Source: an uncultured Candidatus Saccharibacteria bacterium (GTDB taxonomy: Bacteria > Patescibacteriota > Minisyncoccia > Phycocordibacterales > UBA9973). From it: a DNA stretch of 62,240 nucleotides. Made by a program: the position numbers and the translations under genes. Location of the stretch: NCBI GenBank assembly GCA_964397435.1, contig CAYNHU010000003.1, forward strand, positions 29,731 to 91,970, read 5' to 3'. Below are positions 37,462 to 46,520 of this stretch, piece by piece (position 1 is the first letter of the stretch; every line of letters begins with the position of its first letter). Under the pieces are notes generated by a model that was given only the letters and a program-made list of their open reading frames with translations, did not search any database and was not told the DNA's origin.

Positions 37462-38592
37462 CTAGAAACGCTGATAGTCGATTGGGTCACCTCCTGGATT
37501 TGCAGGATTACCAATTGGATACCCTTTTTGCTGCGGCTGCTGATTAGGTTGACCAAATGGTGGTGTAACATCTTGCGGATTTGTCTTTTTAACAGGCTGT
37601 GGAATGGGTTGCTGCTGTTTCTGTTGTGGGTTCGGATTAATAACTTGCTTGGTAGAAACAGTCCCGATAGTAACAACGTTTGTGTATCCTTTTTTATTTG
37701 GGAAATTTTCATCAATCATTGAATACGAACCGGTTCCAGAAGCCACCTGATTTTTATCGCGAAACATTCCGTATGAATAAACACCTGTGTCAGTAAGCAT
37801 CAAATCATCTACGAGTGGATTTCCGTTTGCATCTTTAAGATTAAGTGCAAAAATTAAAAAATCACGCAACGTAATTTTCTCCGTGCAGTTTAAAACAAAT
37901 TGCTTACCATCTTTTGTTGCGCAAATTGCACGAAATTCAAATTTAGCTTGATTAGTTGAATTAAGACGTTCAACACCATCCCAAATCGCTGGCAATTGCT
38001 GGAAAAGCGAGCCGTGCTCGTTTTTTGCACGAGAAGTTAATTGATCAAATGCGTTTTTATCATACGCACCTGTTTGCGGATCTTTTGCAAAACGATACAT
38101 TTCGATACTACCGCTTGGGGTAATGTACACGCAACCAGATTTTGATATTTCAGTATTAATCTGAACTCCGTCTTGAACTGTAATGCCTTCAATCTTTCCG
38201 GCAGTTGTTGATTCATATGCCCCAGCAAACGCAATGATTGTTTCAACACCATTTTTTTGAGTCTCAGCATTTATCTTTGAATAATCAATTTCTGGAGTAA
38301 AAAGATTTGGATTCTTATCTTTTGTAAAAAAATCAGCTTTGGTTGTTTTGTCAAAATAAAACAACGACGCAACAGGTCGTTCTTTGCCATTCTCCTTAAG
38401 CATTACAATCTCACGATCAAAACCAGCTGAGAGATTTCCATCATGTCGATATTCTAAAGCATTTACATTAATTGAACATTTTTCATTTCGTAAGGTACTC
38501 GTTGTTTGAGCAGGAAGCTCTTGCGAAGAAATTGCAAGGGTTGCAAACGAGACAACACCAGCCCGCATAAGGTTTTTGAATGGGTTTTCCAT
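37462..38592 (-). CDS. hypothetical secreted protein with a Pro/Gln-rich C-terminal tail
   Basis: Signal-like N-terminus (AGVVSFATLAISSQELPAQ). The tail reads NPNPQQKQQQPIPQP, GQPNQQPQQKGYPIGNPANPGG. A DUF2233-like guess is not supportable by eye. Confidence 0.7.
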   Translation of the reverse strand: MENPFKNLMRAGVVSFATLAISSQELPAQTTSTLRNEKCSINVNALEYRHDGNLSAGFDREIVMLKENGKERPVASLFYFDKTTKADFFTKDKNPNLFTPEIDYSKINAETQKNGVETIIAFAGAYESTTAGKIEGITVQDGVQINTEISKSGCVYITPSGSIEMYRFAKDPQTGAYDKNAFDQLTSRAKNEHGSLFQQLPAIWDGVERLNSTNQAKFEFRAICATKDGKQFVLNCTEKITLRDFLIFALNLKDANGNPLVDDLMLTDTGVYSYGMFRDKNQVASGTGSYSMIDENFPNKKGYTNVVTIGTVSTKQVINPNPQQKQQQPIPQPVKKTNPQDVTPPFGQPNQQPQQKGYPIGNPANPGGDPIDYQRF

Positions 38593-38672
38593 ATCGAAAT
38601 AATAAAACTTATTGAAAGATAAGTCAAAAAAGAGTTTTTCTCAATTCCCAGCACCTATGGTAATCTCTGTAT

Positions 38673-40568
38673 ATGTACCTCGTGAGCGTACTGCCATTAT
38701 CCAAAAAAGCCCGGACCGACAACCTCTCATATTTTTATGGGAGCGATATTCCCCTTGGTACAATTATTGAAGTGCCATTTCGAGGCAAACCGATGCGAGC
38801 AATGGTACTTGAAACTCGTTCTGTTGAAGATGTTAAAAGCGCCATTAAAGGAGCTTCATTTCAAATCAAAAAAGTTACTAAAGTCCTTCCACAATGTTTT
38901 CCAAAAGAACTTTTCAATCCCCTCCAATCACTCGCTCAGTTTTACCTCACACCGCTATCAAAAATGATTGATGATGTTGTGCCTGAAGCAATCATTGAAC
39001 ATCTTGGTTCAGTGACGTTTAATCAGACAAATGAAAACACACCGCTTCCAGCATTGTTTGTTGCAGACACCGAAGAACGCATAGGTTGGTACAAAACTCG
39101 TATTCGAGAATTGTTTGCGCAGAAAAAATCAATGTATATAAGCGCGCCAACCGAACGCGAAGCGGAAACATTGTTTGGCGCGCTTACTAAGGGTATAGAA
39201 GAACACGCAATACTTATCACGAGTGGCTTACCAAAGAAAAAATTTGAAGCTGCATTGAAAAAAATACTTACCTCAGAACATCCACTTTGTATTTTTGGAA
39301 CACCATCATATGCAACTGTTCCTCGAATTGATCTTGATACGATTGTGCTCGAGCATGAAAGTTCACAAAACTATCGCCGTGTCGTTGCGCCATTTACTGA
39401 CATGCGTTTGTATATTGAACTCTATGCAAAAGCGCGAAAGTGTTCACTTATTTTTGCAGACACGATTGCTCGCGTTGAAACATATCAGCGTTTTATTCAA
39501 AGTGAACTGACTGAAATCAGACCAATTATGTTTCATCCAGAGCTTCCTACTCGCGAGATGATTATCGCGCGTGAACCTCGTGTACCACGGACAACATTTG
39601 CGATGTTTGGAGAAAAAATGGAAGCTGAGATTGCGCGCGCGGGCGAAGCCCGCGCGCGCACCTTCCTCTTCGCACTCCGAAACGGACTCGCAAGCATGAC
39701 CGCATGTCGTGACTGTGGCGAAGTATTGGTCTGTGAATATTGCGACGCACCACTTGCACTCTACAAAACTGGTGACAAACGTGTCTTTATCTGTAATGCA
39801 TGTAAACGCCACACACCAACAGACAGCTCATGTAAACGTTGCGGAAGTTGGAATCTTCATCCGTATGGTATTGGTGTTGAAAGTGTCTACGAAGAATGTC
39901 TTGCAAAATTCCCTGACAGACCATGTTTCAGGCTTGATCGTGGGAGCGTCAAAAACGACAAAGAAGCACGCGCTGTCATGGAAGCATTTGAAACATCTGA
40001 AAATGGTATCTTAATCGGAACAGAACTCGCGCTCCATTATTTCACACAAAAAATTCCGCTCGTTGGTATCGTATCACTCGACTCTCTCTTTTATATTCCA
40101 AGTTTTCGAGTTTCCGAACGCATTGTTGATTTAGTCACAAATATTCGTGATCGAGTTGAAAAAATATTCATGATTCAAACCGTCTATCCTGATGATCAAT
40201 TACTTACGATTACTTCAAAACCACGTCTCACCAGTTGGTATGCTCGTGAACTAGAAGAGCGAAAAGAATTTAATTACCCTCCATATACAACACTCATCAA
40301 AGTTGTTGGCTTTTTCCCTCGGAATTCAATCATGCAGGCAAAAGAAAGTCTCGCTACTGAACTTACCGAATGGAATCCTGATATCTTTACCGGCAACGCT
40401 CCAGATGATAAACGCTTTGCAAAACTAGTAGCTCTTATCCGGCTCCCCAAAAAAGAATGGTGGTTTCCAGAGCTTGGCAAAGGAACCTACCCTGAAAAAC
40501 TCGAGCTTGTGCTGCGTTCGTTGCAAGATAAGTACGCTATTCTCGTAAATCCTGAAGATATCCTCTAA
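38673..40568 (+). CDS. priA: primosomal protein N' (PriA)-like with degenerate helicase motifs
   Basis: PriA-type N-terminal domain (GTIIEVPFRGKPMRAMVLE). Cys-rich Zn module (CRDCGEVLVCEYCDAPL, CNACKRH, CKRCGS). The Walker A, DEEH, SAT and GRAGR positions are substituted (see findings). Confidence 0.8.
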   Translation: MYLVSVLPLSKKARTDNLSYFYGSDIPLGTIIEVPFRGKPMRAMVLETRSVEDVKSAIKGASFQIKKVTKVLPQCFPKELFNPLQSLAQFYLTPLSKMIDDVVPEAIIEHLGSVTFNQTNENTPLPALFVADTEERIGWYKTRIRELFAQKKSMYISAPTEREAETLFGALTKGIEEHAILITSGLPKKKFEAALKKILTSEHPLCIFGTPSYATVPRIDLDTIVLEHESSQNYRRVVAPFTDMRLYIELYAKARKCSLIFADTIARVETYQRFIQSELTEIRPIMFHPELPTREMIIAREPRVPRTTFAMFGEKMEAEIARAGEARARTFLFALRNGLASMTACRDCGEVLVCEYCDAPLALYKTGDKRVFICNACKRHTPTDSSCKRCGSWNLHPYGIGVESVYEECLAKFPDRPCFRLDRGSVKNDKEARAVMEAFETSENGILIGTELALHYFTQKIPLVGIVSLDSLFYIPSFRVSERIVDLVTNIRDRVEKIFMIQTVYPDDQLLTITSKPRLTSWYARELEERKEFNYPPYTTLIKVVGFFPRNSIMQAKESLATELTEWNPDIFTGNAPDDKRFAKLVALIRLPKKEWWFPELGKGTYPEKLELVLRSLQDKYAILVNPEDIL

Positions 40569-40574
40569 AAACTC

Positions 40575-40602
40575 TTGCTTTTTCCTATAAGTGTGCTAAG
40601 AT
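40575..40602 (+). promoter_or_regulatory. promoter TTGCTT, 16 nt, TGcTAAGAT; the -10 ends 9 nt before the rpsU ATG
   Basis: ttgctt at 40575-40580, tg at 40594-95 and taagat at 40597-40602. ATG is at 40612 with no SD. Confidence 0.5.
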
Positions 40603-40611
40603 ACTCGCCAT

Positions 40612-40872
40612 ATGGCTAAAACCGTTATCGAAGTAAAAAAGAACAGTAACGAAAACAACGCGTCACTTTTGCGCCGTTTTTCTCGTAAAGTAATGGATGC
40701 AGGTATCATCCATGCAGTTAAAGGTAAGCGTTACAGTGAACGCGAAACATCAAAACTTTCTTTGAAAGTTGTTGCGCTTCGCCGCATCTCACGCCGCAAG
40801 GAAGTTGAGAAGTTGAAAAAGCTCGGCAAAATGAAGGAACGCGAACACCGCGGCTCATCTACTCAGAAATAA
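40612..40872 (+). CDS. rpsU: 30S ribosomal protein S21
   Basis: 86 aa and basic. VKKNSNENNASLLRRFSRKVMDAGIIHAVKGKRYSE parallels the S21 core (ALRRFKR, G, YEKP). Confidence 0.75.
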   Translation: MAKTVIEVKKNSNENNASLLRRFSRKVMDAGIIHAVKGKRYSERETSKLSLKVVALRRISRRKEVEKLKKLGKMKEREHRGSSTQK

Positions 40873-40874
40873 TT

Positions 40875-41279
40875 ATGAAGATGGCGGACGAAACAACATC
40901 TGTCATTAACAAGACAAAAGGCAAGCTTCCAAGCTTGCCTTTTGTCGAGATGAAAAATAAAATTCTCGGTTCTTCATACGAACTCTCTATTTCATTTGTC
41001 ACAAAAAAAGAATCTCAAATTCTCAACAACTCATACCGAAACAAAGATTACCCAACAAACATTCTCAGTTTTGAATTAACAAAAAAATCCGGTGAACTAA
41101 TCATTCAATCATCAATCGTGAAGCGTGATGCAAAAAATTTTGACATGGATTATAAAAATTTTCTCGGTTTCCTACTTATCCACGGAATGCTGCATTTGAA
41201 AGGAATGCAACATGGTAGTACAATGGAGAGACAAGAGGTTCGCTTCAAAAAAATCTTTGGCATCACTGAACTCAAGTAA
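40875..41279 (+). CDS. ybeY: rRNA maturation endoribonuclease YbeY
   Basis: LLIHGMLHLKGMQHG matches the HGxLHLxGxxH zinc motif. Confidence 0.88.
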   Translation: MKMADETTSVINKTKGKLPSLPFVEMKNKILGSSYELSISFVTKKESQILNNSYRNKDYPTNILSFELTKKSGELIIQSSIVKRDAKNFDMDYKNFLGFLLIHGMLHLKGMQHGSTMERQEVRFKKIFGITELK

Positions 41280-41312
41280 TGGTGTTGAAGCGAGGCTTCT
41301 CGTAATTCACCT

Positions 41313-42479
41313 ATGCGTAAAATAACTGTTGGTATAGATATTGGAACACACACGACACGCGTCGTGGTTTCTGAGCACACCAAAGACGCACTTCTCCCTA
41401 TCATCATTGGAACTGGCACTGTCGAATCAAAAGGCATGCGCCACGGCTACATCGTTAATTCAAACGAGGTTGTTAAATCTATCCGCCGCGCACTCTACGA
41501 AGCAGAAAAAACAAGTGGCGTTAAAATTAAACAAGTAGTTGCTTCAATTGGCGGTATCAGTTTGAAATCAGACATCACACTTGGCTCAGCAATTATTTCT
41601 AAAGCTGACGGAGAAATCACTGAACTTGATATTGATAAAGCAGTCAAAGAAAGTGAACAAGCACTTCCACTCGCCAATCGCCGCATCATCTATTCAAATA
41701 TTTTGTCATGCAAGCTCGATGGCAAAGAAGTACTCGGTCGCCCAGAAGGCATGAAAGGTATCAAACTCGAAACACGAGTTTTGTATGTAACGGCACTTGA
41801 ACAGCACCTTGATGATCTTGAAGCGGTACTCCTTGAAGCTGGTGTTGAAGTTATCGATATTATTCCATCACCAGTTGCGGCAGCTGCAATCGCACTTACT
41901 GAGCGTCAAAAAACAGTAGGCGTTGCATTGGTAAATATCGGTGCCGAAACTGTCTCACTTGCTGTATACGAAAACAATACACTGATCGGCCTTCATGTAT
42001 TTTCAATTGGCTCGACAGATATCACAAACGACATCGCACTCGGACTCAAAATTCCACTCGAAGAAGCAGAGAGTATTAAAATTGGTACAACGATGAGTAG
42101 TAACTACTCAAAACGTAAGCTCGACGAAATTATCGAGGCTCGACTTGGAGACATCTTTGAACTTATTGAAAGCTATTTGAAGAAAATTAAACGCAGTGGC
42201 CTCTTGCCTGCTGGTATTATCATGACTGGTGGTGGTGTTGGATTACCACTCATTGAAGAAATGGCGCGCTCAGTACTCAAACTTCCTACAAAAATCGGAT
42301 CAGGAGAAATGGTCACTATCGCTAAAGGCAAACTCCGAGACTCATCATGGTTCGTATCATACGGTCTCGCACTCACATCTCGACACACTGGCGGCATGTT
42401 TAATGACTCATCATTTGGGGGAATGGTCAAAACAATCAAAGAAGGTTTACAAAGTTTCTTCAAACAATTTTTGCCATAA
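41313..42479 (+). CDS. ftsA: cell division protein FtsA
   Basis: VGIDIGTHTTRVVV and SIGSTDITNDIA. It lies directly upstream of ftsZ. Confidence 0.9.
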   Translation: MRKITVGIDIGTHTTRVVVSEHTKDALLPIIIGTGTVESKGMRHGYIVNSNEVVKSIRRALYEAEKTSGVKIKQVVASIGGISLKSDITLGSAIISKADGEITELDIDKAVKESEQALPLANRRIIYSNILSCKLDGKEVLGRPEGMKGIKLETRVLYVTALEQHLDDLEAVLLEAGVEVIDIIPSPVAAAAIALTERQKTVGVALVNIGAETVSLAVYENNTLIGLHVFSIGSTDITNDIALGLKIPLEEAESIKIGTTMSSNYSKRKLDEIIEARLGDIFELIESYLKKIKRSGLLPAGIIMTGGGVGLPLIEEMARSVLKLPTKIGSGEMVTIAKGKLRDSSWFVSYGLALTSRHTGGMFNDSSFGGMVKTIKEGLQSFFKQFLP

Positions 42480-42608
42480 TTATTGTAAATTAGGTAACAA
42501 TTGCATATTTTGTCAACAATTACACTCCTCATTCCCTTTTTAAAGAGATGTGCTATGATACTGAAAGTTATCAGATATTTCAGCACATCCGTGCTCGTGT
42601 AAACCCAT

Positions 42609-43799
42609 ATGGCAAAAATTAACCCAGACATCGAAACAATCGCGCGTATCAAGGTCATCGGCGTTGGTGGCTCAGGCAAAAATGCTTTGAACCACATGAT
42701 TTCATCAAAAGTTCGCAATGTTGAATTCATTGCAATGAACACTGATACGCAAGATCTTCATAATTCTCTTGCGGAGAAAAAAATTCACCTCGGTAAAAAT
42801 CTTACCAAGGGTCTTGGCGCAGGAATGAATCCAGAAGTTGGTAAGCGCGCAGCAGAAGAAACAAAAGCTGAAGTACAAGACGCAATCAAAGGTGCAGACA
42901 TGGTCTTTATCGCTTGTGGTATGGGTGGCGGTACAGGAACAGGTGCAGCTCCGATTGTTGCACGCGCATCAAAAGAACAAGGAATCCTCACTGTTGCTGT
43001 GGTTACAAAACCATTCTTCTTTGAAGGAAACCAGCGCATGCGTATTGCTGAAGCCGGTCTCGCTGAACTCTCAAAGGAAGTTGACGCAATCATCGTTATT
43101 CCAAACGATCGTCTCCTCTCAATCTCAGGCAAAGATACGTCTCTCAAAGATGCATTCGCACTTTGTGATAATGTACTCCGCGACGCTGTTGAAGGTATCT
43201 CTGATCTCATCACAACTCCAGGTATCATTAACGTAGACTTCGCTGATATCCGCGCAATCATGGCTGATGCTGGAACTGCGCTCATGGGTATTGGTTCTGC
43301 ATCTGGTGAAAATCGCGCTGTCGCTGCTGCTACTGAAGCAATCAACTCACCTCTCCTTGATATTTCAATCAACGGTGCTCGTGGCGTACTCTTTGCAATC
43401 TCAGGTTCTGACGATCTCACTATGCATGAAATTCAGGAAGCTGCGAAAGTTATCACTGAAGCAATCGACAAAGACGCAAAAGTTATCTTCGGTACTATTC
43501 ACGACGAACGTCTCAAAAAAGGTGAAGTTAAAGTAACCGTTATCGCAACAGGCTTTGTTGGTGAAATACCAAAAAAGACACTCTTTCAGGAGCGCGAAAC
43601 ATTCCCAGTAAAAGAAACACCTGCTGCAAAACCACAGCCAATTATTGAAGAAAAGAAAGAAATCAATAACTCACTTCCAAACGAATACATCAAAAAACCA
43701 GCAACAGAAACAATCGTCATCGAAGATGACTCATTCCTCGATGATGCTGGAGAAGACTGGAGTGCAGTTCCTGCATTTCTCCGCCGACCGAAGAAGTAA
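42609..43799 (+). CDS. ftsZ: cell division protein FtsZ
   Basis: IKVIGVGGSGKNALNHM, the tubulin signature GMGGGTGTGAAPIVA, and a C-terminal peptide PAFLRRPKK. Confidence 0.97.
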   Translation: MAKINPDIETIARIKVIGVGGSGKNALNHMISSKVRNVEFIAMNTDTQDLHNSLAEKKIHLGKNLTKGLGAGMNPEVGKRAAEETKAEVQDAIKGADMVFIACGMGGGTGTGAAPIVARASKEQGILTVAVVTKPFFFEGNQRMRIAEAGLAELSKEVDAIIVIPNDRLLSISGKDTSLKDAFALCDNVLRDAVEGISDLITTPGIINVDFADIRAIMADAGTALMGIGSASGENRAVAAATEAINSPLLDISINGARGVLFAISGSDDLTMHEIQEAAKVITEAIDKDAKVIFGTIHDERLKKGEVKVTVIATGFVGEIPKKTLFQERETFPVKETPAAKPQPIIEEKKEINNSLPNEYIKKPATETIVIEDDSFLDDAGEDWSAVPAFLRRPKK

Positions 43800-43813
43800 G
43801 ATAAAGCTACTAC

Positions 43814-43840
43814 AAGCCACCGCAAGGTGGCTTTTGTTTT
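43814..43840 (+). terminator. intrinsic terminator after ftsZ
   Basis: Stem aagccacc / ggtggctt with loop gcaa, followed by ttgtttt. Confidence 0.8.
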
Positions 43841-43904
43841 GATATAAAAAAGAAGCTGCCTTAAAATAGACAGCTTCATTTGAAATAATACCTACATAAC
43901 GGCA

Positions 43905-44618
43905 TTACCTATAAAAATTTAATTTAGCACCTTTCATTTTTGAACCAAACAAAACCCGTTCAGCATTGGTAAACTTTGCACCAAATGAGCAACCATTTTC
44001 GCTCAAGAACCGGTCTAGCTCCGAAAGATATGAATTACCCACACCTCTGATTTCCAAAAAATTTTCTTTGGTTAAAGTCGGTATCTCGTGACCAAATTTC
44101 ACACCAGCTTGTCTTAACGCCCACTGAAGTTTTTGGGAAATATTTGGTATGTTCTCTACGGGTAAAAAGAAAAAAGCCGGATACTCGCTCCAAACTTTTA
44201 ACGCTGGTTGGTCGGATTGTATTGTAACAACCGCTTCTCCCATTTGCATGTTCAGCTTACCTGAAAAACTTTTAGGGTTAAATGTTAGGTAAATAGTAAT
44301 TTTGGCATCTAGGTCTGAAAATACACCCTGGTTGCCACACAAACAAGCAGTAAACGGTGTGTCACTGGCAATTAAACCTTCGGAGCAATCAAACATTTTT
44401 GACAATTCTTCATTTGTTACCGCTAAACTGCCAATACTTTTTTCTCCATCGGAAAAAGTAACAACAAGAGTTCCGTCAAATTTACGTACAGAATCATCTT
44501 GTTCAAAGACGCTCGAACAAGGAATATTTGTACTGAAAAACAGGCGTTTAAATCCAACGTGTGTTAGCGCAACTGCGTCAATTACACCCTGAAAAGGATG
44601 TTCAAAGTTTAGTTCCAT
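43905..44618 (-). CDS. hypothetical protein with an RpoA-alphaCTD-like helix-hairpin-helix C-terminus
   Basis: ATG at 44618 (MELNFEHP) is preferred over the track start. The C-terminus NISQKLQWALRQAGVKFGHEIPTLTKENFLEIRGVGNSYLSELDRFLSENG resembles an alpha-CTD/HhH domain. Confidence 0.6.
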   Translation of the reverse strand: MELNFEHPFQGVIDAVALTHVGFKRLFFSTNIPCSSVFEQDDSVRKFDGTLVVTFSDGEKSIGSLAVTNEELSKMFDCSEGLIASDTPFTACLCGNQGVFSDLDAKITIYLTFNPKSFSGKLNMQMGEAVVTIQSDQPALKVWSEYPAFFFLPVENIPNISQKLQWALRQAGVKFGHEIPTLTKENFLEIRGVGNSYLSELDRFLSENGCSFGAKFTNAERVLFGSKMKGAKLNFYR

Positions 44619-44786
44619 ACAATAGTTTTTAGTTATATAAAAAATTTCGAGTTTGGTAACACTTAAAGAAGCTGCGACCAAATCCCAAAATTCTTTACTT
44701 TTTCAATGTATATTAGGTATATTATACTATATTTACTGTCAAATGTCAATTAATACAGAGCCTTATTTTTTAAAGATTGTCGGCGA

Positions 44787-44816
44787 TTGTTACTTACTGT
44801 ACGACCATGCTACAAT
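44787..44816 (+). promoter_or_regulatory. promoter TTGTTA, 18 nt, TGcTACAAT; the -10 ends 7 nt before the trxB ATG
   Basis: tgctacaat at 44808-44816, then actcctc, then ATG at 44824. Confidence 0.45.
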
Positions 44817-44823
44817 ACTCCTC

Positions 44824-45747
44824 ATGCACGACCTAATCATTATTGGTGGTGGACCAGCAGCGTGTGCTGCCGCTGTCTACGCCTCACGAAAACGCTTAAA
44901 GACTATGATGCTCGCCTACGAATTCGGCGGCCAATCAACTGTATCTGAAGATATTCAGAACTGGATTGGTACTCCGCATATCTCAGGTGCAGATCTCGCT
45001 AAATCTCTCAAAAACCACGTCTTTGAATACAAGGCGGATATTCTTGAAGTTAAGGAAGGTCAAAACGTTTCTAAGATCGAAAAAACAGATACTGGTTTCA
45101 AGGTAACCACTGATGCGAATCAGAGTTTTGAAAGTCGCGCGGTGCTTGTCACCAGTGGCTCAGGGCGACGCAAACTCGAAATTCCTGGCGCAGCGGAATA
45201 TGAAAATAAAGGTCTTACCTACTGTGCGTCATGTGATGGTCCAATGTTTGCCGACCAGGATGTCATCGTTGTTGGTGGTGGAAATTCAGCGTTTGAATCA
45301 GCAGCACAATTGCTCGCCTACTGTAAATCAGTCACACTTGTGAACCGCAGTGAAAAATTCCGCGCAGATGAAATCACAGTAAATAAACTTTCACAAAATC
45401 CTAAACTCCGTCTCGTAACAAACGTAGAAATGAAGGCGGTGACTGGAGAGCGTTTTGCAACTGGTATGGATATTGTGCACACAAAAACTGGTGAGGCTGA
45501 ACACATCGCAGCAACTGGCATATTTGTTGAAATTGGACAGATTCCTAATACAGACTTTGTAAAAGGTTTCCTTGAACTCGACGGTGCACACAAAATCGTT
45601 GTTGATCCTATGACACAACAAACATCAGTCTATGGCGTATGGGCAGCCGGTGATGTCACAAACGGCCTCTATCACCAGAACAATATTGCCGCTGGAGACG
45701 CAGTAAAAGCATTGGAGGATCTCTACATCCACCTTACATCACGCTAA
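44824..45747 (+). CDS. trxB: thioredoxin-disulfide reductase
   Basis: Motifs DLIIIGGGPAACAAAVYA, redox CASC (YCASCDGPMF) and VVGGGNSAFESA. The internal ATG at 44824 is preferred over the track start at 44653. Confidence 0.9.
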   Translation: MHDLIIIGGGPAACAAAVYASRKRLKTMMLAYEFGGQSTVSEDIQNWIGTPHISGADLAKSLKNHVFEYKADILEVKEGQNVSKIEKTDTGFKVTTDANQSFESRAVLVTSGSGRRKLEIPGAAEYENKGLTYCASCDGPMFADQDVIVVGGGNSAFESAAQLLAYCKSVTLVNRSEKFRADEITVNKLSQNPKLRLVTNVEMKAVTGERFATGMDIVHTKTGEAEHIAATGIFVEIGQIPNTDFVKGFLELDGAHKIVVDPMTQQTSVYGVWAAGDVTNGLYHQNNIAAGDAVKALEDLYIHLTSR

Positions 45748-45760
45748 AATAGCCTAAATA

Positions 45761-46516
45761 TTAGTCTCGAGTATCGAACAGCTCCTCTAACACAGCGAGC
45801 TGTTCTTTTGAGTTAGCACCAAGCGCTTCGATTGGCTTGATAGCAACAGTTTCAATCGGTGCACCTTCAGCAAATGCAGCCTTGATAAGATCAGTGAGAT
45901 AATACTCGCCTTGTGCATTTTCTTTTGAGAGTGTTTTGATTTTATTGAAGAGCCATGTGCGATCAAAAACAATGTAGCATGGATTTACTTCGCGAATTTC
46001 TTTTTCAGCATCTGATGCATCTTTGAATTCAACAGTGCGAAGGATAGTACCATCAGCATCTCGAACAACACGACTGTAATTCTGGAAACCAGCACGCCAT
46101 GCATCAAAATCATCTACTGTAGTTGTGGCCATAGTGATAATTGGCTTTTTTTCTTGGTGAGTATCGAGCAAATGTTTGATGGTTTCCCCTTTCAAAAATG
46201 GCTGGTCAGCATACAACACAACAACAGAGTCCGCGTGTGGCAAAATAGCAGTTTCAGTGAGCGCAACTGCATGACCAGTACCAAGCTGTTCTGTTTGGAG
46301 CACATATCGGCGATCTTGGCCGAGGTGTGAGCGTACGTCTTCGTGTTTGTGACCAACAACGACAATAGGCTCTACAGACGGAAAAAGCGCCTCGAGTGAG
46401 TCGATGATGTAATCTACGAATGGTCGACCGCGAAGCGGAGTAAGTGCTTTAGGAACGTCAGATTCCATCCGCTTGCCTTTACCAGCGGCTAAAATAATAA
46501 ACTCTGTAGTGCTCAT
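45761..46516 (-). CDS. sugar-phosphate nucleotidyltransferase (GlmU N-terminal-domain-like; no acetyltransferase domain)
   Basis: Motifs FIILAAGKGKRMESDVPKALTPL, LGTGHAV and YADQP. Confidence 0.75.
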   Translation of the reverse strand: MSTTEFIILAAGKGKRMESDVPKALTPLRGRPFVDYIIDSLEALFPSVEPIVVVGHKHEDVRSHLGQDRRYVLQTEQLGTGHAVALTETAILPHADSVVVLYADQPFLKGETIKHLLDTHQEKKPIITMATTTVDDFDAWRAGFQNYSRVVRDADGTILRTVEFKDASDAEKEIREVNPCYIVFDRTWLFNKIKTLSKENAQGEYYLTDLIKAAFAEGAPIETVAIKPIEALGANSKEQLAVLEELFDTRD

Positions 46517-46520
46517 AAGG

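Noticed and set aside
38593-38672. Replication origin at the strand switch, where a block of about 29 kb of mostly minus-strand genes meets plus-strand priA through ftsZ
   Set aside because: The spacer is only 80 bp, with no cluster of DnaA boxes; a single TTATCCAAA lies inside priA. No dnaA or dnaN is nearby, and minus-strand genes resume after 43.9 kb. Cumulative GC skew over a much larger region would be needed.
42173-43420. Long minus-strand ORFs 42173..42742 and 42785..43420 opposite ftsA and ftsZ
   Set aside because: They are opposite strongly conserved genes, and their composition is typical of antisense frames (Ala/Ser/Arg/Pro-rich). The first also spans the ftsA-ftsZ intergenic promoter region.
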